Source: Pseudomonadota bacterium (lineage in GTDB: Bacteria > Pseudomonadota > Gammaproteobacteria > Pseudomonadales > UBA5862). From it: DNA of 64,000 nucleotides. The position numbers were made by a program, and so were the translations under genes. The notes below the pieces were generated by a model. That model was not told the DNA's origin and searched no databases. It saw nothing but the letters and a program-made list of their open reading frames with translations. Where the stretch lies: contig JAXHVB010000111.1 of assembly GCA_034189125.1 (NCBI GenBank), forward strand, positions 2,105-66,104, read 5' to 3'. This document shows, one piece after another, positions 21,305 to 29,578 of this stretch. Every line of letters starts with the position of its first letter. Position 1 is the first letter of the stretch.

Positions 21305-22585
21305 ATGTTCTACGGTTGGAAACTGCTCGCAGCGATCAGCTTTTGTTACCTGGTGGGCGTGGGTACCTGCCTCTATGGCTTCTCTGTTGCCCTGCCCGCC
21401 CTGCTGGCCGACCTTGGCTGGAGCCGCAGTGAAGCTTCGCTCGGCTTCTCAATTCTAATGCTGACCTGGGGCATCAGCGCCCCTGGCGTGGCCGCTCTGA
21501 TCAACCGCACCAACACCCGAACGACTTTTTTGATCGGCGGCGCCTGCATCACACTGGGCGCCAGCATCACCTATTTCACCAGTTCGTTGCCGGTGTTTTA
21601 CATTGGAACCGGGCTGATCATGGGTGCCGGACTTTCAATGACCACAGTGCTGCCAGGCACCCACCTGCTCGCACACTGGTTCGTGCGCCGCAGGGCCCTT
21701 GCCATGGGTCTGTTCATGGCCAACGGCGGACTCGGTGCATTCTTCATCGCACCTGCCATGTCACAGCTCATCGCTGCCACGGGCGATTGGCGTGTTGCCT
21801 GGCTGTGCATGGCGATCAGCGGCGTGGTGGTCGGACTCGTCGGCTACCTGGTGATTCGTGAAACCCCAGCCGAAATGGGCCAGCATGCAGACGGCGCCGC
21901 AGGCCTCACGGCTGCGGCTCCTGCCGGACACAAGGTCATTGCATCTGCCGTCTACAAAACGGACCAGGACTGGGTCCTCAAAGATGCACTGGCCACCCGG
22001 TTCTTTTGGCTGATCGTGTTTGTTGCTTGCGTGGCGACATCCGCCAGTGCCGTGGTCAATGCACACCTGATCTTGCACCTCACTGACATCGGAATTTCTT
22101 CACTGATCGCCGCCAGTGCGCTCGGCGTGCTGGGCATCCTCAACACCGCTGGTCGGGTTCTGGGTGGGGGCGCTGGCGACCGACTGGATCCACGTTGGCT
22201 GCTCGGCGGGGGAATGGCGCTGCAAGCCGGTGCCCTGTTGGTGCTGATCACCAGCGCCAGCGAGTTCGCGACCTATGCCTTCGCGGCCATGTTTGGGTTT
22301 GGCTTTGGCATCTACCTGGTGGCCATGACCACACTGGTGGCGAACTACTTCGGCTCTGCCCACTACGCGAGCATCGCCGCAATCCAGGGCCTTGCCTACA
22401 CGGTTGTTGCGGCTTCCGGCCCGCTGGTGGCGGGCCTTCTGTACGACCAGCAAGGCAGTTATCAGATAAGCTTCTGGGCCTTCTGCGCATTGTCAGTGGT
22501 TGCTGCCGGCGCAGTCGCGGCAATGCGCCCCCCCGAAGGGCGTTCAGGGCACGCGGCCCCGTCGGCTGCGGCAACGGCCGAATAG
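21305..22585 (+). CDS. MFS transporter (oxalate/formate-antiporter or monocarboxylate-like subfamily)
   Basis: About 12 predicted TM segments. N-terminus MFYGWKLL typical of this subfamily. AGGGGA RBS 6 nt upstream of the ATG at 21305. Confidence 0.85.
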   Translation: MFYGWKLLAAISFCYLVGVGTCLYGFSVALPALLADLGWSRSEASLGFSILMLTWGISAPGVAALINRTNTRTTFLIGGACITLGASITYFTSSLPVFYIGTGLIMGAGLSMTTVLPGTHLLAHWFVRRRALAMGLFMANGGLGAFFIAPAMSQLIAATGDWRVAWLCMAISGVVVGLVGYLVIRETPAEMGQHADGAAGLTAAAPAGHKVIASAVYKTDQDWVLKDALATRFFWLIVFVACVATSASAVVNAHLILHLTDIGISSLIAASALGVLGILNTAGRVLGGGAGDRLDPRWLLGGGMALQAGALLVLITSASEFATYAFAAMFGFGFGIYLVAMTTLVANYFGSAHYASIAAIQGLAYTVVAASGPLVAGLLYDQQGSYQISFWAFCALSVVAAGAVAAMRPPEGRSGHAAPSAAATAE

Positions 22586-22610
22586 GCGTTTTCTACCTAA
22601 AATCGGCGCG

Positions 22611-22844
22611 CTAGTGCGGTTTGTTGCGACGGGCAGACCGCGCCCGCTGGCTGCGCAGCAGGCGGCGCAACAACCAGCGCGTGGCGGTAGAAAAGGCGAC
22701 GACCCCCAGAAACAACAGCAGGTAGTCCTTGGTGTCCGCCGGCTGAAGGTCACGGCCGACCAGCCCCACCAGCACCAACAGCAGCGTCAGTGATCCAAAG
22801 TTGACGATGAGTTCGTCACGCAGGGAGGTGTTCGACGGAGGCAC
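22611..22844 (-). CDS. Small hypothetical membrane protein (two hydrophobic segments, basic C-terminus)
   Basis: 77-aa ORF with GTG start, strong third-position GC bias, two hydrophobic stretches and an Arg-rich tail. No recognisable family. Confidence 0.45.
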   Translation of the reverse strand: MPPSNTSLRDELIVNFGSLTLLLVLVGLVGRDLQPADTKDYLLLFLGVVAFSTATRWLLRRLLRSQRARSARRNKPH

Positions 22845-22923
22845 GGCCTAGGGGTGTGTTAAGGAAGGAATGGTGCGGTGATGCAGTCAGCGGGAGCGGC
22901 ACCACCGGCCTTTGGAGCCTGAT

Positions 22924-23292
22924 TCAGCGAAACCGCTGTTCGAGGTAATCGACAATGTCCGCCGACTCGTACAACCAGCGCTCTGCGCCCGAGCGATCCT
23001 GGATTTTCAGGCAGGGGACCTGACACCGGCCACCCCCCTGAATCAGCTCGCGTCGGTACCGCTCGACCCGCGCAACATCGCGCACTTCTACAGGCACCTG
23101 GAGGCGCTTGAGCGCACGTCGGGCACGAAAGCAAAAAGCGCAGCCCGCGTGGGTGTACAACACAAGAGCCCGCGCCGCCCGCTCGACCTCGGCCTGTTGG
23201 GCGGGGCTGCGAAGCGCACGCCCCCGCTTGAGGCGGTCGGCAACCGACACTGCTGGAACCAACAACGCTCGAATCCCGGCCACTGCTGTCAC
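22924..23292 (-). CDS. Glutaredoxin-family protein
   Basis: Thioredoxin-fold core LVLYTHAGCAFCFRARRALK ... GGGRCQVPCL ... WLYESADIVDYLEQRF with a CxxC (CAFC) active site. Confidence 0.7.
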   Translation of the reverse strand: MTAVAGIRALLVPAVSVADRLKRGRALRSPAQQAEVERAARALVLYTHAGCAFCFRARRALKRLQVPVEVRDVARVERYRRELIQGGGRCQVPCLKIQDRSGAERWLYESADIVDYLEQRFR

Positions 23293-23617
23293 CCCCCGGA
23301 AAAATTTCGGCGGTATTAAACCCAGTTTGGCGCGTCAGTGCAAACGGCACCCACCGGCGCTCCAACGCTGGCAAAGTTCGGCCCCAGCACAGGGTCCTCA
23401 TAGGACAGAGCGCGCGGAACGACCCGGCGCGAGCAGGACCTGCACGAACCGCCTAGAACGGGCTTTTCGGTGGCCCCAGTCTTGCCTTGCACCGACAGCG
23501 AATTCCTGTATGGTGGGCGCCCCTTCAGCGCAGCGCGGTCACCGCGCCCGGTGCCCTGTTCGGTGTGATCAGCCACTACTGATGCAGCCGGTCGGGCTAG
23601 GTCGATCAGGTCAACCC

Positions 23618-24874
23618 ATGACCCCCACTCCCACACCAAACCTCCCGGGCCGACAGCCTTTCGACGGCTGGAAAATGGTCACCGTCGCCTTTTTCAACGA
23701 CTTCATTTCGGTGGGCTTTTTCTTTTATTCGTACGGGCTGTTCTTTTTGGCCCTGGCGAATGACTTTGGCGGTTCACACCTCGGGCTGTCCGTCGGGTTT
23801 ATGCTCAGCAATGCCATGGGCGCGGTCATGGCACCCTTCCTGGGTCAGGCACTCGACCGCTTAGACATCAAATGGATCATGGTGTCAGGCGCGGTCTCGC
23901 TTTCGATCGGCTATGCCTTGCTGTCACAGATCAACTCCCTGTGGCAGTTCTATTTGATCCTCGGAACCTTTCTCGCCTTTGGCAGCTCAGCCATGGGCGG
24001 GCAGTCCTCTTCCAAGCTCGTGGCCAACTGGTTCCATCGCCGGCGTGGCCTCGCACTGGGAGTGGCCACCATGGGCATTTCCGCCTCGGGGATTGTGATG
24101 CCAGGGATCGCCGCCTGGTTGATCGGTATGGTCGGGTGGCGAGGCGGATACCTGGTGTATGCCATCGCGGCTCTTGCGTTGGTCACGCCGGTGGTGTTGC
24201 TGTATGCACGCACTTCGCCCGAATCCGTTGGCCAGTTTCCCGATGGAGTGGCCCCCAGGCCCACCACTTCCGACCAGCCGGTCACTGTGGAGTCGGCTTT
24301 TACTTCGCGCATGATCCTGAGTTCGGGTGACTTCTGGTTCACAGCCCTCACCTTTGCCATTCTGGTTGGGGTGTTTCAGGCCGTGCTGGTGCACATGGTC
24401 CCGCAACTGACCAGCCAAGGCCTCGGCGCGGGCCATGCAGCTGCGGTATTGTCGTTGTCGGCAGGGCTTGGTGTGTTGGGTAAGTTGGTGTTCGGCTGGC
24501 TCACCGACCTCAACGAACCACGCATCGCCGTCTGGCTTTGCATTGGAACACAGCTGGTGGGCGCCTGGATGTTGATGTCGTTCAGCTCGTTGTCTTGGCT
24601 GCTGTTGGCAGGCGCGGTCTTCGGTTTCGGCATGGGCGGCGTGGTGCCGTTGCAAAGTTCGGTCATCGGCCAGGTGTTCGGGCGGCTTTCGTTCGGTCGT
24701 GCCGTAGGCCTGCTGCGCCCGGCGATGCTGCCATTGCAGGTGATTCCAGTGCCGCTTGCGGGCTGGATCTACGACCTCACGGGAACCTACCGGTTGTCCT
24801 ACATTGTCCTGATGCTGGCGCTGGTGTTTGCGGCCTTCAGCATCGCCATGGTCCGCATTCCCCAACCCGAATAG
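23618..24874 (+). CDS. MFS transporter, paralogue of 21305..22585
   Basis: About 12 TM segments and the same GW(K) N-terminal signature (FDGWKMVTVAFF). The upstream 170 codons of ORF 23108.. are Arg/Ala/Pro-rich read-through overlapping the glutaredoxin gene, so I chose the ATG at 23618. Confidence 0.85.
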   Translation: MTPTPTPNLPGRQPFDGWKMVTVAFFNDFISVGFFFYSYGLFFLALANDFGGSHLGLSVGFMLSNAMGAVMAPFLGQALDRLDIKWIMVSGAVSLSIGYALLSQINSLWQFYLILGTFLAFGSSAMGGQSSSKLVANWFHRRRGLALGVATMGISASGIVMPGIAAWLIGMVGWRGGYLVYAIAALALVTPVVLLYARTSPESVGQFPDGVAPRPTTSDQPVTVESAFTSRMILSSGDFWFTALTFAILVGVFQAVLVHMVPQLTSQGLGAGHAAAVLSLSAGLGVLGKLVFGWLTDLNEPRIAVWLCIGTQLVGAWMLMSFSSLSWLLLAGAVFGFGMGGVVPLQSSVIGQVFGRLSFGRAVGLLRPAMLPLQVIPVPLAGWIYDLTGTYRLSYIVLMLALVFAAFSIAMVRIPQPE

Positions 24875-25065
24875 CCGCCTGGCAGGCTCAATTGACCGGT
24901 TTGCAAGCCCGGTGATACCTTGTGCGCTCCTTGCTGCGGCCCTGCCGCCTGGACTCCGTCGGCCACCGGCGCGACGCCTGTGCACCACGCCGGGCAACGG
25001 AGAACCTCAAGTTGTCTCCAATAGACATCGAGTTGCAATAACAACCTTCAAGGAGAATGAAGGCT

Positions 25066-25515
25066 ATGGCCAAGATCAACCCGCCAGGGTTTCCGATCGA
25101 GCGCGGCAAAATCCACGAATTTGCCAATTCGATCGAAGACGACAACCCACTTTTCCACGACCTCGAAGCGGCCAAGACCGCCGGACTGCCTTCGGTCCCC
25201 GCACCCCCCACCTTTACCGCAACCGCCGCCCACTTCTCCGGACCTGAGGAAGGCAGCGCGATCCAAAGCCTGGGCCTGGATCTACGCTTCGTGTTGCACG
25301 GCGGCCAAGAGCTCGAATACGTGCGTCCGGTGTTTGCTGGCGATGTGCTGACTTCCCGTCAAGGTGAAACCAAGTCGTTCGTCAAAGAAGGGCGCCGCGG
25401 CGGAAAAATGAAAATCTTCGAGATGCACAGCGAGTTCGTCGACCAAAATGGTGAAGTGGTCATCAAGATGGTCAACACTGTTCTGCAAACCGGGGGAGTG
25501 GTGAAAGATGACTGA
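25066..25515 (+). CDS. MaoC-like dehydratase N-terminal-type (FAS1-like) hot-dog subunit, non-catalytic partner
   Basis: Only a degenerate hydratase motif (EDDNPLFHD). AAGGAG RBS is correctly spaced for the ATG at 25066 and too close to 25057. 8-nt overlap with the next gene. Confidence 0.8.
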   Translation: MAKINPPGFPIERGKIHEFANSIEDDNPLFHDLEAAKTAGLPSVPAPPTFTATAAHFSGPEEGSAIQSLGLDLRFVLHGGQELEYVRPVFAGDVLTSRQGETKSFVKEGRRGGKMKIFEMHSEFVDQNGEVVIKMVNTVLQTGGVVKDD

Positions 25516-25930
25516 CAACGTATTCAACAGCATCAGCGAAGGCGACGAATACAGTTTCGTGGTCGAGAACTTCAACCGCACCCAATTCGTCAAATACGCC
25601 GGCGCCGGAGGTGATTTCAACCCGATCCACCACGACCAAACCTTTGCTGAAGCGGCAGGCTTGCCCACCGTGTTCGGGATGGGAATGCTCACCTCGGGCA
25701 TGCTGGGCCGGGTGCTGACCGATTGGTTCGGCGCCACCTCCGTCAAGAAGTACGGGTTCCGATTCAAGCAGCGTCTCTGGCCCGGCGACGTGGTGACGTT
25801 CAAAGGCGTGGTTGCCAAGGTGTACGACGAGTCCGGCACCAAGCACGTGGACGTCAACCTGTCAGCCGTCAACCAAAACGGCGACGTGCTGGTTGAAGGA
25901 ACTGGCACCTGCCGTCCCTGGAGCGCCTAG
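25508..25930 (+). CDS. MaoC-family (R)-specific enoyl-CoA hydratase hot-dog subunit, catalytic partner
   Basis: Canonical hydratase-2 motif YAGAGGDFNPIHHD. ATGACTGA overlap with the upstream subunit. Confidence 0.85.
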   Translation: MTDNVFNSISEGDEYSFVVENFNRTQFVKYAGAGGDFNPIHHDQTFAEAAGLPTVFGMGMLTSGMLGRVLTDWFGATSVKKYGFRFKQRLWPGDVVTFKGVVAKVYDESGTKHVDVNLSAVNQNGDVLVEGTGTCRPWSA

Positions 25931-25982
25931 TCTGGAGCCTCTGCTCCACGGCAAAACCCGGCCCCTGCGCGGGGCCGCACCC

Positions 25983-26016
25983 AAGTGGCGGGGCTCCGAA
26001 CCCGCCACTTGTTTTT
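25983..26016 (+). terminator. Rho-independent terminator after the MaoC pair
   Basis: 10-bp stem AAGTGGCGGG / CCCGCCACTT with an 8-nt loop, then GTTTTT. A second GC hairpin lies at 25959..25977. Confidence 0.75.
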
Positions 26017-26029
26017 ACGCTATCCCAAA

Positions 26030-26896
26030 CTACCCATCCGCGTTCTGCTGTGAATCGGCAAGACTGCGATAAAACGCCTTGACTGTGTCTTCCCCGTGGA
26101 TGCGCTCAAGGCGCCGCAGGGCGAAGTGGCCAGCAGCAACACGCTGGAAATGTTGAATAAACAACAGGTTGACGGTGGCTCCGCCGAAGGCACCGATCAC
26201 CGGGATTGCCTGCGCCGCGACTTTTTGTGACAGGGTCACCCCAAACCGGCTGGCAAGCGCCGCCATCAATGCAACCAATGCTGGCGCCCCAGCATCACGC
26301 ACCAACCCGTTGTGAGCGACATAGGCTGAGGCGCGGGTCAGACTCAGCGCCATCGACAAACGCAGCCCGTAGTAGCCCGTTTCCGCAGCATCATCGCCCC
26401 TCGGGTACCCGCCGAGTGCAAAGACCTGCAAACAGGCCATCCGACTCTCAACCTGGCTGAAGTCCTCGCCCTCTTGGACCGCAATGGCACCAATCGAGCG
26501 CATGGCCAAAGTGGTGAAAAAAGGCAACTCGACCAGCGCTCCAGCAAGCCCCGTGGCACCACCCACCGCACCGCTGCCGATACCCAGCCAGCGGTGGCTG
26601 TACCGGTCCCACCGGGGAATCCGAACGCGATCGCGGCGCGGGTCCAGGGTCACAACGGCGGCATGCAATGCCGTGCGAAGCGCGAGGGCCACGGCTCGAT
26701 CGACTTCGGTCTGCACACCCGCGGGCAATGCCTCCACCGCCTGCTCAATGGGCCAACCCAACAGGTTGGAAAGGCGCATGGCCAATGCCGGCTGCTCAAG
26801 TCGAGCGTGCGCCAGCAGGATTTCTCCACGGGCCTCCTTCGGCAATGCGTTCATTCCTGGGGTCACGCGCATCAGAGATTGGGGCGTTTCGTTCAT
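26030..26896 (-). CDS. EcsC-family protein
   Basis: Pattern typical of EcsC from memory: ELPFFTTLAMRSIGAIAVQEGED ... AIPVIGAFGGATVNLLFIQHFQRVAAGHFALRRLERIHG. Confidence 0.65.
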   Translation of the reverse strand: MNETPQSLMRVTPGMNALPKEARGEILLAHARLEQPALAMRLSNLLGWPIEQAVEALPAGVQTEVDRAVALALRTALHAAVVTLDPRRDRVRIPRWDRYSHRWLGIGSGAVGGATGLAGALVELPFFTTLAMRSIGAIAVQEGEDFSQVESRMACLQVFALGGYPRGDDAAETGYYGLRLSMALSLTRASAYVAHNGLVRDAGAPALVALMAALASRFGVTLSQKVAAQAIPVIGAFGGATVNLLFIQHFQRVAAGHFALRRLERIHGEDTVKAFYRSLADSQQNADG

Positions 26897-27072
26897 GGCC
26901 GCAGGGATCCAAAAGGCGAAAATACATGTTGACTCAACGCCAATTGGACGAGCCCACCGGCGGAAAGTTTCCTCAAACGCACCAGATGCCGTGGCTGGTT
27001 TGGCACCGTTTTCTGGAACCGGCCAATGCGATAGGCTTCACCGATCATGCGCCCTTTCACGAGCTGACTCAG

Positions 27073-27762
27073 ATGCCCGATCACCCCCCCCCGCCACCCA
27101 TTCCAGTCTGGGACCTGCCCCTGCGCCTGTTTCACTGGATCCTGGTCGGTGTAATCCCAATTTCATGGCTCACCGCTGAGGCCGGCATTGAGTGGATGCA
27201 GGTACACACTTGGGTCGGCTTGTTGGCGCTGGCGTTGCTGGTTTTTCGTCTGCTGTGGGGTTTTTGGGGCACCCCAACGGCGCGCTTCGTTCAGTTTGTG
27301 CGCGGGCCAAAGGCAGCTGCAGGGTATGCGCGGGGTCTGCTCCATGGCCGCGAAGCGCATCGAATCGGGCACAACCCGCTCGGGGCCTACATGGTGTTGC
27401 TGTTGTTGGTGCTGGTGGCCATCCAAGCCGCTACTGGCCTGTTTTCCAGCGACGATATTTTTATCGAGGGACCGCTCGCTGGCTACCTGGGTTCGGACGC
27501 CCGAGACTTCGTCACGTCCTGGCACCATTTCAATTTCAATCTATTGATCGCTGCGATTGGGGTGCACATCGCCGCGGCACTCTGGTATTGGATTGTCCGG
27601 AAGAACAACCTGATTGGGCCCATGGTGACGGGCCACTCGCGTGACCCTCAGCTTGAGGCCCCAGTCCAACATCAGCCACGTATGCAGCCTCGCATGTGGA
27701 GCCGCGCATTGCTGTGCGCGCTGGTTTCCGCGCTGTTGGCAGCAGGCATCAACCAGCTGTAG
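27073..27762 (+). CDS. Cytochrome b561-family membrane di-haem protein (PF01292-like)
   Basis: VWDLPLRLFHWILV, four TM helices with conserved His (HTWVG, HRIGHNPLGA, WHHFNFN, GVHIAAAL). An alternative upstream start at 26926 is possible. Confidence 0.8.
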   Translation: MPDHPPPPPIPVWDLPLRLFHWILVGVIPISWLTAEAGIEWMQVHTWVGLLALALLVFRLLWGFWGTPTARFVQFVRGPKAAAGYARGLLHGREAHRIGHNPLGAYMVLLLLVLVAIQAATGLFSSDDIFIEGPLAGYLGSDARDFVTSWHHFNFNLLIAAIGVHIAAALWYWIVRKNNLIGPMVTGHSRDPQLEAPVQHQPRMQPRMWSRALLCALVSALLAAGINQL

Positions 27763-27787
27763 CTACAAACGGCCTATCAAAGCCGGA

Positions 27788-28240
27788 CTAGTCTTCGCGG
27801 TATTTGTCGTGACAGGCCTTGCAGGTGTCAGCCACACCGATGAACGTTTTGCGCACCTGGCCCCAATCACCGCTGGTGCTGGTCTGGGCCAGGCGGCTTG
27901 CCGCCACGGTGAAGTTTTCCATTTTCTTCTCAAAATCAGACCACTCGCGCCAGATCGCTGGCTTGGCTTCATCATCCGGGCGGTCCGAGCCCTCTGGAAA
28001 GCCTTCTAGGGCCATCTGCGACATGGCCGCAACGCGGTCGGCCCTGCGGCTGAATTCTTCCGCGTCGTAGGGCACTTCGCCTTTGACCATCGCCGCCATC
28101 GGACCGAAATTCCAGCCAATCACGTTGAACACGGAATGGCGGTATTCCGCCGCTTCGTCGTCCGCCTGCCCCACCAGCGGCGTCGCGGCGAGCGTACAGG
28201 CGAGCGAAGCCAGTTGAATGCCTCGGGACCATCGTTTCAT
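27788..28240 (-). CDS. Cytochrome c-prime (class II c-type cytochrome)
   Basis: Signal peptide MKRWSRGIQLASLACTLAATPLVGQA. Four-helix-bundle-length protein. C-terminal haem motif CKACH 9 residues from the end. AAGGAG RBS before the ATG at 28240. Confidence 0.85.
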   Translation of the reverse strand: MKRWSRGIQLASLACTLAATPLVGQADDEAAEYRHSVFNVIGWNFGPMAAMVKGEVPYDAEEFSRRADRVAAMSQMALEGFPEGSDRPDDEAKPAIWREWSDFEKKMENFTVAASRLAQTSTSGDWGQVRKTFIGVADTCKACHDKYRED

Positions 28241-28338
28241 GTGGATCTCCTTATGCAGCGCCAGCGCGAAAAAAAGGGGGGGGGTTAGGCCGGTTACAGC
28301 CCGCGCCCCTGTGTGTCGGGTCTCAGCGTACCAGCAAC

Positions 28339-29451
28339 TCAAAAATGAATCACGGTGCGAATGCTTTCGCCGCGCGCCATCAGGGCGAAGGCTTCGTTGA
28401 TGCGTTCGAGCGGCAAATCATGGGTGACGAATGGGTCGACCTGCAGGCGGCCTTGTAGGTACTGGTCCACGAAACCAGGCAGCTCGCTGCGGCCCTTGAC
28501 TCCCCCGAAGGCACTGCCCTGCCAGCGGCGCCCGGTCACCAACTGGAACGGCCGGGTCGATATTTCTTCACCGGCCCCTGCGACCCCAATGATTGTTGAG
28601 ACACCCCACCCCTTGTGGCAACACTCCAGTGCAATCCGCATCAAGTGCACATTGCCCACGCACTCGAAGGAATAGTCGACTCCCCCGTTGGTCATGTCCA
28701 CGATGGCTTCCTGCAGGGGCGCCGAGACGGCGCTCGGATCCAGGCAATCGGTTGCACCCAGTTGCCGGGCAAACTCGAACTTGCCGGGATTGCGGTCGAC
28801 GGCAATGATGCGCACTGCGCCTGCCATCACCGCGCCCTGCACCACGCTCAGACCCACTGCACCGAGCCCGAAGACAGCCACAGTCGATCCCGGCTCGACC
28901 TTGGCGGTGTTGAGCACGGCACCCACGCCTGTTGTGATGCCGCAACCCAGCAAGCAGACCTTGTCGAGCGGCGCAGACGGGTCAATTTTGGCCAGCGCGA
29001 TGGCGGGCACCACGCTGTATTCTGAAAAGGTTGAAACACCCATGTAGTGGTGGATGGCCGTACCCGAAAGGCTGCGAAAACGACTGCTTCCATCCGGCAT
29101 CAGTCCCCTTCCCTGGGTCACGCGGATCGCTCCGCAGAGGTTGGTCTTGCCCGAGACACAGAAGGTACAAGCACCACATTCAGGGGTGTACAGTGGGATC
29201 ACATGGTCCCCGACGGAAATTCCCTCGACACCTGCCCCCAGCTCCACGACTTCGGCGCCGCCTTCATGTCCCAATATCACTGGAAACAGGCCCTCTGGGT
29301 CGGCTCCGCTGAGGGTGTAGGCATCGGTGTGGCACACACCGCTCGCATGATTGCGAATCAACACTTCACCGGATTTCGGCGAAGTGACCTCGACTTCAGT
29401 CACTTCCAGGGGCGCTTTTGCCTGCCAGGCCACTGCTGCTCGGCTTCTCAT
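28339..29451 (-). CDS. adhC: S-(hydroxymethyl)glutathione dehydrogenase / class III alcohol dehydrogenase (also S-nitrosoglutathione reductase)
   Basis: 370 aa with [51 protein letters not shown] and GLGAVGLS. Confidence 0.92.
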   Translation of the reverse strand: MRSRAAVAWQAKAPLEVTEVEVTSPKSGEVLIRNHASGVCHTDAYTLSGADPEGLFPVILGHEGGAEVVELGAGVEGISVGDHVIPLYTPECGACTFCVSGKTNLCGAIRVTQGRGLMPDGSSRFRSLSGTAIHHYMGVSTFSEYSVVPAIALAKIDPSAPLDKVCLLGCGITTGVGAVLNTAKVEPGSTVAVFGLGAVGLSVVQGAVMAGAVRIIAVDRNPGKFEFARQLGATDCLDPSAVSAPLQEAIVDMTNGGVDYSFECVGNVHLMRIALECCHKGWGVSTIIGVAGAGEEISTRPFQLVTGRRWQGSAFGGVKGRSELPGFVDQYLQGRLQVDPFVTHDLPLERINEAFALMARGESIRTVIHF

Positions 29452-29578
29452 TGCCTTGTTCTCATTGCTGCGCTCGCTAGCCTTGTTTCTAAGGGTCCAA
29501 TACCCGACGGCGGATGACTTTTCATCCTTGAGCCCTTAGGCTGGAGCACAACAATAACAACTTACATCTTGAGGTGTC

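Noticed and set aside
23108-23617. 170-codon N-terminal extension of the second MFS transporter ORF
   Set aside because: It is Arg/Ala/Pro-rich, overlaps the opposite-strand glutaredoxin-like gene, and precedes the conserved GWK transporter N-terminus. Similar read-through extensions were trimmed at 26668..27072, 40936..41196, 47283..47609, 11024..11206, 36283..36381, 36951..37070 and 32223..32381.
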